This document shows positions 28,514 to 38,968 of a stretch of 64,000 nucleotides of DNA, piece after piece (within the stretch, counting starts at the first letter, position 1; every line of letters begins with the position of its first letter). Position numbers and translations under genes: made by a program. The notes under the pieces were generated by a model. That model was not told the origin of the DNA. It made no database searches and worked only from the letters and a program-made list of their open reading frames with translations. This DNA is from a virus. The stretch lies in the IMG/VR virus record IMGVR_UViG_3300028394_000035, one strand, 5' to 3'.

Positions 28514-30454
28514 ATGGCAATTACTACTAGCACTTTTACAGTTAATGCCGGATGGGCAAAATCCAGTATCATTACACAGATGGAATCTGCCATGACATCT
28601 TTAGGATGGAATGATGGAACTCAAACTGGTCAAATAATTGGATTAGGAACTTTTTTTGGAGGTGGAAACAAATCGGATGCCGAAACTTATTATGACATAA
28701 GACAAAAATCAACGAGTGGTGTCGGAACAGATGCGAGTTTTTATGTTTATAGAGATACACTTAATGTTAGATATGTTCTTATAAATCGTCCTGGATATGG
28801 ATATACTGGAGGAGAACTTGTTGTTCTTGATGGAGATAGTATTGGTGGAATTTCAAGTGGAGCTGCTGATTTATCATTCAAAGTTTGTGTAAATGAAACT
28901 CTAACCGGTGGTACTACTGGTACGGCAAGCACCATAAAGATAACAGATATAGCGTATGTTAATAGTATATACAAATACGTCTTTAGTGGAAATGATAGGA
29001 ATGGTGCTATTGGTGCCGGTCAGACAATTATGGTCGTAAATGAGGGTGATGTTGTAAGTATTGCTAATAGTAACACTGGTAGTGGTAATTCTTATCCCCC
29101 TGCTCTTGCACTCGCATTTCCTGTCGGTAATACTGGTTATGCTGCCGCCGCAACTGGGCAGATTGCTGGTATTGCTCCGACTATTTCACTAGGCACAACT
29201 AGTATTTTTAGACCTAAAATTGGACAGGCAGGAACATATGTTTTTAAAAGTGCCAGTAACAATCTTGGTGGGGTTGGTCATACTTTAGGTCAATTGATTA
29301 TTCAACCTTGGGATGGTAGTGGTACTCGAACTCCTGTTGGTATTGGAAGTACAAGTACATTTTTGGATAAAAACTTAAGTGGAACATATCCTTGGGGAGT
29401 ACAAAAACACCAAATTCAGGCAGGTAAAAGATATGGATCTACATATCGTGGTTTTGTAGAATATGCTGCTGGGTATCTTGATATTGTAACTTTTAATGGA
29501 TATAGTTCTTATTCTGGTGGAGAATACTATGGTAATACTGATACTCTAAATCAAGCTAATTATGATCGACACGGTGGAACAGCAGATAAAAGAAGAATGG
29601 CAGGAGCACCTAACTTAGATTTTCCAGGTCAATCGGCTAGTATTCTTAATACTGCAATTTCTTTTGAAACTGCAGGCATTACAGATAATTATGCTCGTCT
29701 TGCCCGAATAAATCACGGAACAAATACTGGATATATTTTAGATTTGAATTTATTTAAATCTGGACTTGATCCCAGATTTGTTGTTTTTTCTTATAAATCT
29801 CCAAACCTATCATCCACTCATCTCACGACTAATACCTTTGATACTTGGTTTTTCCATAATTTTACTACAAATATTTGGGATCTTAACCATGTATTCCTTG
29901 GTGGATTGACTCAAATTATACCAGAAACTGGTAATACAGAATATCCAAGGATTACATTTAGAACATATTTGACAACTAAAGATAATAGCGGGTATTCCAG
30001 TATTAAACGAAGTGCCGAATTCCCATATTCAGAATACCGTGGATATACTACCCCAGGTGAAGAAAATTATGTTGATTGGACTGTCGAAAGTAATACATAT
30101 CCTCAAAACGGGTCACCTTATAACGCAAGAATGTACTATCGATCTAATGACAATCCTCTTGGATTTACTGGATATCAAGATATTGATATAACTCCACAAG
30201 GTAGAATATCATCAGAGGCAAACTTTAATGCTGCTATAAAAGGATTACCACTCAACGGTCAATTGCTTCCAGTTCCTTATTATATGCCAGATGATTTTGT
30301 TCTAATTCAGTTTCATTATAATACAGCATCTGCAAATATTCAACAGGGAGATACAATTACGATTAGTGGTAGTGAAGTTTATACTGTGATTACTGGTTCT
30401 TATAATCAAACCACAACTACTCGTGGTATTCTCTTCTGTGCGAGAACAGTATAA
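28514..30454 (+). CDS. Putative virion structural protein, function unknown
   Basis: 646-aa ORF within the structural operon; Gly/Thr-rich. Confidence 0.55.
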   Translation: MAITTSTFTVNAGWAKSSIITQMESAMTSLGWNDGTQTGQIIGLGTFFGGGNKSDAETYYDIRQKSTSGVGTDASFYVYRDTLNVRYVLINRPGYGYTGGELVVLDGDSIGGISSGAADLSFKVCVNETLTGGTTGTASTIKITDIAYVNSIYKYVFSGNDRNGAIGAGQTIMVVNEGDVVSIANSNTGSGNSYPPALALAFPVGNTGYAAAATGQIAGIAPTISLGTTSIFRPKIGQAGTYVFKSASNNLGGVGHTLGQLIIQPWDGSGTRTPVGIGSTSTFLDKNLSGTYPWGVQKHQIQAGKRYGSTYRGFVEYAAGYLDIVTFNGYSSYSGGEYYGNTDTLNQANYDRHGGTADKRRMAGAPNLDFPGQSASILNTAISFETAGITDNYARLARINHGTNTGYILDLNLFKSGLDPRFVVFSYKSPNLSSTHLTTNTFDTWFFHNFTTNIWDLNHVFLGGLTQIIPETGNTEYPRITFRTYLTTKDNSGYSSIKRSAEFPYSEYRGYTTPGEENYVDWTVESNTYPQNGSPYNARMYYRSNDNPLGFTGYQDIDITPQGRISSEANFNAAIKGLPLNGQLLPVPYYMPDDFVLIQFHYNTASANIQQGDTITISGSEVYTVITGSYNQTTTTRGILFCARTV

Positions 30455-30681
30455 TGGCAGATTATAGTTTCTTATCATTAACTACTGCAATTGTTGGGTT
30501 TGGAACTACTGTTGCACTTACTTATGTTAATCAAATTGTTACTCCAACAATTGAAACTTCAAATGGTACAGTAAATGTTGGAGATATTAGTAGTGGTATT
30601 GGAACTGCAGTTCCTGGATTTTTGACTGGTAGAAGACCTCAATTGGGGCAATTATATCCTCGTGGTGTTTATAATAAATAA
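30454..30681 (+). CDS. Small hypothetical protein coupled to the upstream gene
   Basis: TAATG overlap; followed by AATAAATA at 30673-30680. Confidence 0.6.
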   Translation: MADYSFLSLTTAIVGFGTTVALTYVNQIVTPTIETSNGTVNVGDISSGIGTAVPGFLTGRRPQLGQLYPRGVYNK

Positions 30682-30704
30682 TAATATAAGGAAATAAGTA
30701 AGAA

Positions 30705-33700
30705 ATGTCTAATAGTAGGGAAATTTCGCAGTTATCATCATTCATTACAGTTGACGATGCAACAAAGAATATTGGAATAACTAGCGGAATTACTCCTTTT
30801 GTGGGTATTGGTTCTACATCACCGACTGTAAAACTTGATGTGGTTGGTGATGCAAATGTTAGTGGTAATGTTACGGCTCAAAATTATTATGGTTCTGGTG
30901 CAAATCTGACCGGCATTTCTACATTTGCAAATGCTAATATTGCAAGTGGTATTTTTTCTAACATTTATGTTTCTGGCATTAGTACATTAGGTATTACAAG
31001 TGCTACTAACTTAACAGCACAGCAATTGAATGTTTCTGGTATTGCTACATTAACTCAAATTTCTGCAGGTGGAACTGTAGGAGCTGCTGGTTCTATTCTT
31101 TCTTCTACTGGTTCTGGTCTTTCTTGGATTCCTGCTGCTTCTGGTGGATCTGGTGGATCTGCATTAAGTATTTTTACATCAACTTCAAGTACCCCACAAT
31201 TCATAACTTTTGTTTCAAGTGCATCTACAACTTCTATTGGAATTACTGCTTCTAATCTTACCTTTATTCCTTCAAGTGGTTCTTTAGGTATTGGAACCAC
31301 AAATCCAACATCAAAACTTCACGTTGTTGGTGATGTAAGAGTTACTGGTGTAATGACTGCTACTACATTCGTTGGAGCACTTACTGGTATTGCAGCATCT
31401 GCAACACAATTAGTTACACCAAGAACTTTTGAGATTACAGGTGATGTTGTTGCTTCTCCTATTAGTTTTGATGGAACTGGTAATGTATCATTTGCAGCTA
31501 CTATACAACCGAATAGTGTTGGACTTGGAACTGATACAACCGGTGATTATGTAAGAGACATTACCGGAACCGTAAATCAAATTAGCGTAAGTGCAACTTC
31601 TGGAGAAGGTTCTACACCAACACTTAGTATTCCTAGTCAATTCACTGCACCACAAGACGTAACAGTTACAAGAGACCTTCAGGTCAATCGTAACTTAAAT
31701 GTAACTGGAAACATTACGATTGGTGGAACGTCAGCAACCTTATTCACAACCGAACTTAAAATATCAGACCCTGATATTGTTCTTGGATTTAGAACTGACG
31801 GAAGTGGTAATGATGTTTCAAATGATAATACCGCAAATCACGGTGGTGTTGCTCTTGCATCAACAGAAGGAACACCATTAGTCCAACTCTTTATTGCTGG
31901 GATTGAGACTACTCCAGCAACATATAAAAAGATAATGTGGTTTAAGTCTGGTACTTTCTCTGGACTTGGAACTGATGCCTGGTTGATTAACTATGCTGTT
32001 GGTATTGGTAGTACTCAATTTCCAACAGGTACAAGACTGGCTGCAGGTAATGTTCAATTTACTCAAAATGATTTAGCAGTTGTAAGAAATATTAATGCTT
32101 CTGGAGTCATAACTGCTACTTCTGGATTTAGTGGTAATGCTTCAAGTGCAACTTATGCTACTAATGCTGGTATTGCCACCTATGCAACCTCAAGTGGTAT
32201 TGCAACTTATTCTACTTCTAGTGGTATAGCAACTTATGCTACTTCATCTGGTATATCTACTTATGCAACATCAAGTGGAATAGCAACTTATGCTACTAAT
32301 GCCGGAGTAAGCACTTATGCTACTAATGCTGGTATAGCAACTTATGCTACTAATGCCGGAGTAAGCACTTATGCTACCTCAAGTGGTATATCTACTTATG
32401 CTACATCAAGTGGAATAGCAACAAACCTCAAAGGTGGTTCTGGTGGAACTATAGTTTATCAATCTTCTACCGACACAACAGCATTTTTAGCAAATGGAAC
32501 TGGTGGATATATTCTTCAGGCAAACGGTGGAACTTCTGCCCCCTCTTGGGTTCCTGCTGCTCCCGCTGGTGCGATTACTGGATTAACCATCAGGGATGAA
32601 GGAACAATTGTTGGTAGTTCCAATAGTATATCTCAACTTAATTTTGTTGGCACTATTGTATCTGCTACTTCTACTGCTGGTATAGCAACAATTACATTCT
32701 TGGATTATGTTGGTAATGCTGGTATAGCAACTTATGCAACTATTGCTGGATATTCTACATCAAGTGGAATAGCAACTTATGCAACATCAAGTGGAATAGC
32801 AACTTATGCAACGAATGCCGGAGTAAGCACTTATGCTACCTCAAGTGGTATATCTACTTATTCTACTTCTAGTGGTATATCTACTTATGCAACATCAAGT
32901 GGTATAGCAACTTATGCAACATCAAGTGGTATAGCAACTTATGCAACAAATGCAGGAACTTCTACATCAGTTATAGGTGGTATTGCATCAGTCACACAAC
33001 TAAGTGTTTCTGGTATTTCCACATTCAACAATAATGTTCATATACCTTCTTCATCAGTCGGCATAGGAACTACAAATCCACTCCAGAGACTTCAAGTAGG
33101 AACAGCAAATACTTTAGGAATAAACACAAATGGAACAGTATTTGTAGTAACCTCTAATGCCGATGTTGGTATAGGAACCACAAATCCAACTTCAAAACTT
33201 CATGTCATTGGTGATGGTAGATTTACTGGTGTTGTTACAGCAACTTCATTTAGTGGAACTCTAAGTGGTTATGCATCATCAGCAGGTATTGCAACTTATT
33301 CTACTTCTAGTGGTATAGCAACTTATGCTACATCTTCTGGAATTGCTACTTATGCAACATCAAGTGGAATAGCAACTTATGCTACATCTTCTGGTATTGC
33401 AACTTATGCTACCTCAAGTGGTATTGCAACTTATGCAACATCAAGTGGTATAGCAACTTATGCTACTAATGCAGGAACTTCTACATCAGTTATAGGTGGT
33501 ATCGCATCAGTTACTCAATTAAGTGTTTCTGGTATAACAACATTAGGCATAATAACAGCAGGTAATATTTATTCTACAGGAGTTATTACAGCAACTTCAT
33601 TTAGTGGTAATGCTTCTAGTGCTTCTTATGCAACAAGTTCTGGTATAGCAACTTATGCTACATCAAGTGGAATAGCAACTTATGCAACCTCAAGTGGTAT

Positions 33701-34757
33701 TGCAACTTATGCAACTATTGCTGGATATTCTACTTCTAGTGGTATAGCAACTTATGCTACAAGTTCTGGTATAGCAACTTATGCAACAAGTTCTGGTATA
33801 GCAACTTATGCAACATCAAGTGGAATAGCAACAAACCTCAAAGGTGGCGTTATTGGTAATATACCATATCAATCTGCTGCTGATACTACAGTATTCTTAA
33901 CAAATGGTGGTAGCGGAACAGTACTACAATCAAATGGAGTTGGTGCTGCTCCTACTTGGGTTGCTGCTGCTCCTACTGGTGCTGTTACTGGTTTAGTCGT
34001 CAGAGATTTCAATAATAATATTGTCGGCACATCAGGTAGCGTAAGCCAATTAACTTTTAGTACTGGACTTTCTGTAACTGGAACAACAGGAGCAGCAGGT
34101 ATTGCTACGATTACTTTATCCAGTAATATTGTTGGAACTTCTTTAAGTATTTCTGGTATCAGTACTTTTGCTAATGGACCAATATTGATTGGTAGTGGAA
34201 CTTCTACAGGAACTACATCACAACCACTACAAGTTACTGGTGGTGCTTATGTTTCTGGTAAGATTGGTATTGGAACCACAAATCCACAAGGTTCTATTCA
34301 TATTTTTAGACAAGATACTGTAAGTGGTATTGAAACTCATACAGATTTTATTTTAGAAAATCCCGGAAAGGGTAATGCAAGATTCTTCCTAAAGACAAGA
34401 GATAATAATAGAAATTGGGAATTCTTTGCAGATGATGATGATGGTTCTTTTGGGATTTATGATGGAGTTGCATCTGCAAGAAGATTTACAATATTACCAA
34501 GTGGAAATGTTTTAATAGGTTCTTCATCAACAATAGGAACAGGGACCACAGACCAAAGACTTCAAGTTACTGGTGGTGCTTATGTTTCTGGTAATCTTGG
34601 AGTTGGAGTAACTGCACCAGCATTCAAAGCAGATATTGCAGGAGATGTCCGAGTAACTTCAGAAAACAAAATGAGATTTGGTGGAACTGCAGGAACCACA
34701 AACTTCTATATACAGTACAACTCAACAACTAATAGTTTGGACTTTGTAGCAGGATAA
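30705..34757 (+). CDS. Tail fibre with multiple GIATYATSS arrays
   Basis: GIGTTNPTSKLHVVG repeats and four 9-aa arrays. Confidence 0.75.
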   Translation: MSNSREISQLSSFITVDDATKNIGITSGITPFVGIGSTSPTVKLDVVGDANVSGNVTAQNYYGSGANLTGISTFANANIASGIFSNIYVSGISTLGITSATNLTAQQLNVSGIATLTQISAGGTVGAAGSILSSTGSGLSWIPAASGGSGGSALSIFTSTSSTPQFITFVSSASTTSIGITASNLTFIPSSGSLGIGTTNPTSKLHVVGDVRVTGVMTATTFVGALTGIAASATQLVTPRTFEITGDVVASPISFDGTGNVSFAATIQPNSVGLGTDTTGDYVRDITGTVNQISVSATSGEGSTPTLSIPSQFTAPQDVTVTRDLQVNRNLNVTGNITIGGTSATLFTTELKISDPDIVLGFRTDGSGNDVSNDNTANHGGVALASTEGTPLVQLFIAGIETTPATYKKIMWFKSGTFSGLGTDAWLINYAVGIGSTQFPTGTRLAAGNVQFTQNDLAVVRNINASGVITATSGFSGNASSATYATNAGIATYATSSGIATYSTSSGIATYATSSGISTYATSSGIATYATNAGVSTYATNAGIATYATNAGVSTYATSSGISTYATSSGIATNLKGGSGGTIVYQSSTDTTAFLANGTGGYILQANGGTSAPSWVPAAPAGAITGLTIRDEGTIVGSSNSISQLNFVGTIVSATSTAGIATITFLDYVGNAGIATYATIAGYSTSSGIATYATSSGIATYATNAGVSTYATSSGISTYSTSSGISTYATSSGIATYATSSGIATYATNAGTSTSVIGGIASVTQLSVSGISTFNNNVHIPSSSVGIGTTNPLQRLQVGTANTLGINTNGTVFVVTSNADVGIGTTNPTSKLHVIGDGRFTGVVTATSFSGTLSGYASSAGIATYSTSSGIATYATSSGIATYATSSGIATYATSSGIATYATSSGIATYATSSGIATYATNAGTSTSVIGGIASVTQLSVSGITTLGIITAGNIYSTGVITATSFSGNASSASYATSSGIATYATSSGIATYATSSGIATYATIAGYSTSSGIATYATSSGIATYATSSGIATYATSSGIATNLKGGVIGNIPYQSAADTTVFLTNGGSGTVLQSNGVGAAPTWVAAAPTGAVTGLVVRDFNNNIVGTSGSVSQLTFSTGLSVTGTTGAAGIATITLSSNIVGTSLSISGISTFANGPILIGSGTSTGTTSQPLQVTGGAYVSGKIGIGTTNPQGSIHIFRQDTVSGIETHTDFILENPGKGNARFFLKTRDNNRNWEFFADDDDGSFGIYDGVASARRFTILPSGNVLIGSSSTIGTGTTDQRLQVTGGAYVSGNLGVGVTAPAFKADIAGDVRVTSENKMRFGGTAGTTNFYIQYNSTTNSLDFVAG
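32141..33830 (+). repeat. Four clusters of degenerate 27-bp (GIATYATSS/A) tandem repeats; similar clusters at about 25270-25380 and 26440-26590
   Basis: Seen in both DNA and translation. Approximate clusters: 32141-32420, 32717-32951, 33275-33470, 33620-33830. Confidence 0.9.
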
Positions 34758-34761
34758 TATT

Positions 34762-35880
34762 ATGGGTGTTGTAGGAAGATTAGACCAATATGCATCAATG
34801 CTTGCAGGTGAGTTTGATGAAATTAGTATTACAAAAATAAGAATATCAATTGGTGGAACTTATCATACTACATCTGAGTTTATTGAAAATGTTGGTATTC
34901 CAACTGTAAATAATATTTTTCCTGCGTATAATATACAAGATGGATTAATTGCTGAAGTTACCTCTGGTGTTGGTACAAGTTTTCCTGGTGTATTACTTAC
35001 TGCAAATGTATATGCACCTTATGATATTTTAAATTCTGAATTTGCGATGCCTCAATATGGAGCAGGGAATGGTACTTATATGAGGCACGATTATGGGCAA
35101 AATGTGATTGTTTATAATGAGATTGATGAAATTACTGATTTTAGAGATATTGTAAGAAGTGGATTGCTTTTAGATTTAGATGCTGGAATGAATTCTTCTT
35201 TCAATAATACTGGAACCACTTGGACTGATTTGAGTGGTGGAGCAACTAATTTTACACTAATAAATCCAACATACTATTCTTATAGTTCTTCCAATAATGG
35301 TTCAATCTTATTTACAAGAACCACATCTCCAACTCCAGAAGATGGTGGATATGCTACAACTACAACTACCGGAAGTTTAACAGCACTAACATATTTGCAT
35401 AATAACCATACCACCGAAGTATGGTTTAAATCTAATAACAGAAATCCAACAAATTATGATGGAACCGAATTTGTAAGTGCATTAGTTGTATATACTGGAT
35501 ATCACTCTATGTTTTATTATGATGCTACATCATTTACATATTCAATATGGGGTAAAGATGGAAGTAATGCAGATGCAGCATACACATTAGCATTTGCAGA
35601 TTCTTCTGTTGGAACTTGGAATCAAATTGTTGCAAGAAGGAGTGGTACTGAACTTAAACTTTATTTAAATGGAGTGTTGAAAAATACTGGAACAATCAAT
35701 GTTCTTGGTACTGGTACTCCCACAAGTAATACATTACGTCTTGCTACTGCAAATTATAATGGTGGTTTTAGTTGGCATTCTAATGTAAATATTGCATCAC
35801 TTAAAATGTATAATAAGGCATTAACTGATAACGAAATCCAACAAAACTATAATGCTCTCAAGCATAGGTTTGGATTATAA
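34762..35880 (+). CDS. LamG/concanavalin A-like lectin domain protein
   Basis: LLLDLDAG..S...GTTWTDLSG, TTEVWFK, WNQIVA...LKLYLNGVL, KMYNKALT.NEIQQNYNA..RFGL. Confidence 0.85.
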   Translation: MGVVGRLDQYASMLAGEFDEISITKIRISIGGTYHTTSEFIENVGIPTVNNIFPAYNIQDGLIAEVTSGVGTSFPGVLLTANVYAPYDILNSEFAMPQYGAGNGTYMRHDYGQNVIVYNEIDEITDFRDIVRSGLLLDLDAGMNSSFNNTGTTWTDLSGGATNFTLINPTYYSYSSSNNGSILFTRTTSPTPEDGGYATTTTTGSLTALTYLHNNHTTEVWFKSNNRNPTNYDGTEFVSALVVYTGYHSMFYYDATSFTYSIWGKDGSNADAAYTLAFADSSVGTWNQIVARRSGTELKLYLNGVLKNTGTINVLGTGTPTSNTLRLATANYNGGFSWHSNVNIASLKMYNKALTDNEIQQNYNALKHRFGL

Positions 35881-35926
35881 ACCTATTTTTTTACTCTAAT
35901 AAATATAGCAAAGGCACTTACTAATT

Positions 35927-38900
35927 ATGGCAAGAAAGGCAATACTGGAAACTGGATATACATTCACTCCTTCCACAAATACTATTATCATTCCTCGTGT
36001 TATTCCAAGAGAAAGATTAATACTGATTACGAATGTTACTACAAATCAAGTAATCTATAATTTCTCTGATTTAAACTTAAAAGCAAATACTTATACTGTA
36101 TCAACAACTGGTGGTACAAATACAACCACAGTCGTATTGAATTATAGTACGTCTGGAATGACCAGTACTGATAAACTTCAAATCATCATAGATGAGTATG
36201 ATGAGAAATTCACTCCTTCTGAAGTATATGTTGACCCAGTAAATAAATTTCGTACATCATCACCACAAGCACTGATTGATACTGACTTTGAGTATGGTAC
36301 TCAAATCTCCAAGTGGGAAAATTTAGTAACAATTAACAATCGTCCTTTTTCCTTTCCTTCTGCTGTTGGTATAACTGGAATTGGTACGATAATTTTACCA
36401 ACCAATTCTAGAACCGTCACAGTTGTAGTTGGTGCAAGTGGAACTTCATCAGTTCCTGGAATTGGAACAGCAATTACGGTTCAGGATACTTATTTGAATA
36501 TTGCGAATGGAAATTTTATTATAGAAAGTGTGGGTGCTAGTAATACAAGCTTTACTTATACTGCAAGAGCAACTAATACTGGGTCAGTCACTAGTATTTT
36601 TGATCCAAATAAAACTGGTATTTTTAGTGGAACAGTTTATACTAATGCTGCAATTGGTGCAACTCCCACATTTGCCTTTGTTGGAACTGCAGTTACTGTA
36701 ACTACATCAGTTCCACACGGACTTGCAATTGGAAATGAAGTTGCTGTTGTTGGTTCTTCACAGGCAAATGCAAATGGTTCTCATATTGTTTCTGGTATTA
36801 CAAGTTCAAGAACCTTCACATATTATACAAATACTGCACCAGGAGGAACTCCAACTGGTGGTTCAATTTTTGTAAGGCCGCAAGGACAAATTTTACATCG
36901 TCCTTTTGATGGTGGAGTATTCTTCACAAGTAATGCAAATGGTAACTTTGAGACGGCAACTCGTCAAACAAGAAGATATTTCCGTTATCAATCTGGTAAG
37001 GGAGTTCAGGTTAGTTCTGGTACAATTCTAAAACCAAATCTACAAATTGATTCACTAACTGCTTCTGGAATTAGTATTGGTAGTACGATTACCGTTCAAA
37101 CAAAAGAACAACATAATATTCAGGCAGCAACACCAGGAACTCAAATCACAATTGTTGGTGCAGACCAAACTGGGTACAATCAAACTTATAGTGTAACTTC
37201 CGTAACTGGATACAATACCTTCCAATTGACTGCATTAGCAGGACTTACATCTACAACAGCATCTGGTCCTTATAGTTGTAATGTTTCAAGTTGGTATGGA
37301 TGTGCAAATCGTCTTGGAATATTTGATTCTCAAAACGGCATTTTCTTTGAGTTTGATGGTCAAACACTCTTTGCTGTTCGCAGAAGTTCTACCTTTCAAC
37401 TTTCAGGAAAGGTTACTGCAACAAATGGTTCAAATACCATTACTCAAACAGATGCAACATTCCCAACAGCATTTGCAAAGCAATTAAGTATTGGAGACTT
37501 TATTGTTATTCGTGGGCAATCTTATCGTGTAATTGATATTGCAAGTGATACGAGTTTAACAATTTCCCCTTCTTATCGGGGAGCAACGACAGATTTTGCA
37601 ATTGTTTCAAAAACAGTAGATACAAAATATCCACAATCATCTTGGAATATTGATAAGTGTGATGGTACTGGACCTTCTGGTTATAATATTGACCTCGCCA
37701 AGATGCAGATGTTCTATATGGACTACTCTTGGTATGGTGCTGGATTTATTCGTTGGGGATTTAGAGGTCCAGATGGTAATGTATTTTATTGTCATAAAGT
37801 CATAAACAATAATGTAAATACCGAAGCATATATGCGTTCTGGAAACTTACCAGCACGATATGAAAGTGAAGCAAGACCACCAACAACTCAAATTAATACT
37901 TCTTTAGGTGCATCTGATACTACTGTTGGTGTAGCAAGTACTGCAGGTTTCCCACCTGCTGGAACATTACTCATCAGAAATGCAGAAATTTTTGAGTATG
38001 TGAATTATGCTGGTATTGGTACAACTGCATTTACTGGACTAACTAGAGGAAAATCTGGTAATACTTCTCTTGCTCTTACGGTTGCTGCAAGTTCAAATGT
38101 AGCAACTGCAACTACAACAAACCTACAAGTAGGGCAAAGAATTATAGGTGCTGGAAACACAGGTTTCCCCGAGGGTACTTATATTAGTGCTATTGGTTCT
38201 GGAACTATCACATTAAGTAATGCAGCAACAGGAGTAAACCCAACAGTAGCAGCAATTCCAATGGGTTCACCAGTTGGAGTAGCATTTACATATTCTGCAA
38301 CTGACCCAGTTGCTGTTGAACTTGCATTCCCAACTTATGGGCCTTCTATTTCTCACTGGGGTACTAGTGTGATTATGGATGGACGATTTGATGATGATAA
38401 ATCTTTGGTCTTTATTTATGGTCAAAGGTCAGGAACAACTATTGCTGGTGGTGCAACTAGAGCACTCTTCTCAATTCGTGTATCACCTTCTGTTGATAAT
38501 GGTACTTCTGCAACATTTGGTGCAAGAGAATTGATTAATAGAATGCAATTAACACTCCGAGCACTTGATGTTTCTGCAATTCCTGCTTCAGGTAATGCAA
38601 ACTTACTTGTAGAGGCATTCTTGAATGCAACTCCAAGTAGTGCAACAACCTGGACAAATGCTGTTGGTAATGTTGCTGGTCGTATTAATTCATCTCTTGC
38701 ACAAATTGCAGATTATGCTGCGGGTTCAACTACTGTAACTGGTGGTGAGGTTACTGCTGGTTTCTTTGTTGGTTCTGGTGCAAACTCAATCGACCTTTCT
38801 CAAGTTAGAGACCTTGGTAATTCAATTCTTGGTGGTGGAGGAACTACTGCCAATACTCAAATCTATCCTGATGGACCTGATACATTAACGATTGTGGTTA

Positions 38901-38965
38901 CTAATCTTACAGCACAAAGTTGTAATGTATTTGGTCGTTTATCCTGGACGGAGGCACAAGCATAA
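35927..38965 (+). CDS. Large virion structural protein
   Basis: 1012 aa; PQALIDTDFEYG, YRYQSGKG and MDYSWYGAG..RWG blocks are typical of cyanophage structural proteins (from memory); late-promoter-like AATAAATA at 35898-35905. Confidence 0.6.
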   Translation: MARKAILETGYTFTPSTNTIIIPRVIPRERLILITNVTTNQVIYNFSDLNLKANTYTVSTTGGTNTTTVVLNYSTSGMTSTDKLQIIIDEYDEKFTPSEVYVDPVNKFRTSSPQALIDTDFEYGTQISKWENLVTINNRPFSFPSAVGITGIGTIILPTNSRTVTVVVGASGTSSVPGIGTAITVQDTYLNIANGNFIIESVGASNTSFTYTARATNTGSVTSIFDPNKTGIFSGTVYTNAAIGATPTFAFVGTAVTVTTSVPHGLAIGNEVAVVGSSQANANGSHIVSGITSSRTFTYYTNTAPGGTPTGGSIFVRPQGQILHRPFDGGVFFTSNANGNFETATRQTRRYFRYQSGKGVQVSSGTILKPNLQIDSLTASGISIGSTITVQTKEQHNIQAATPGTQITIVGADQTGYNQTYSVTSVTGYNTFQLTALAGLTSTTASGPYSCNVSSWYGCANRLGIFDSQNGIFFEFDGQTLFAVRRSSTFQLSGKVTATNGSNTITQTDATFPTAFAKQLSIGDFIVIRGQSYRVIDIASDTSLTISPSYRGATTDFAIVSKTVDTKYPQSSWNIDKCDGTGPSGYNIDLAKMQMFYMDYSWYGAGFIRWGFRGPDGNVFYCHKVINNNVNTEAYMRSGNLPARYESEARPPTTQINTSLGASDTTVGVASTAGFPPAGTLLIRNAEIFEYVNYAGIGTTAFTGLTRGKSGNTSLALTVAASSNVATATTTNLQVGQRIIGAGNTGFPEGTYISAIGSGTITLSNAATGVNPTVAAIPMGSPVGVAFTYSATDPVAVELAFPTYGPSISHWGTSVIMDGRFDDDKSLVFIYGQRSGTTIAGGATRALFSIRVSPSVDNGTSATFGARELINRMQLTLRALDVSAIPASGNANLLVEAFLNATPSSATTWTNAVGNVAGRINSSLAQIADYAAGSTTVTGGEVTAGFFVGSGANSIDLSQVRDLGNSILGGGGTTANTQIYPDGPDTLTIVVTNLTAQSCNVFGRLSWTEAQA

Positions 38966-38968
38966 TAG

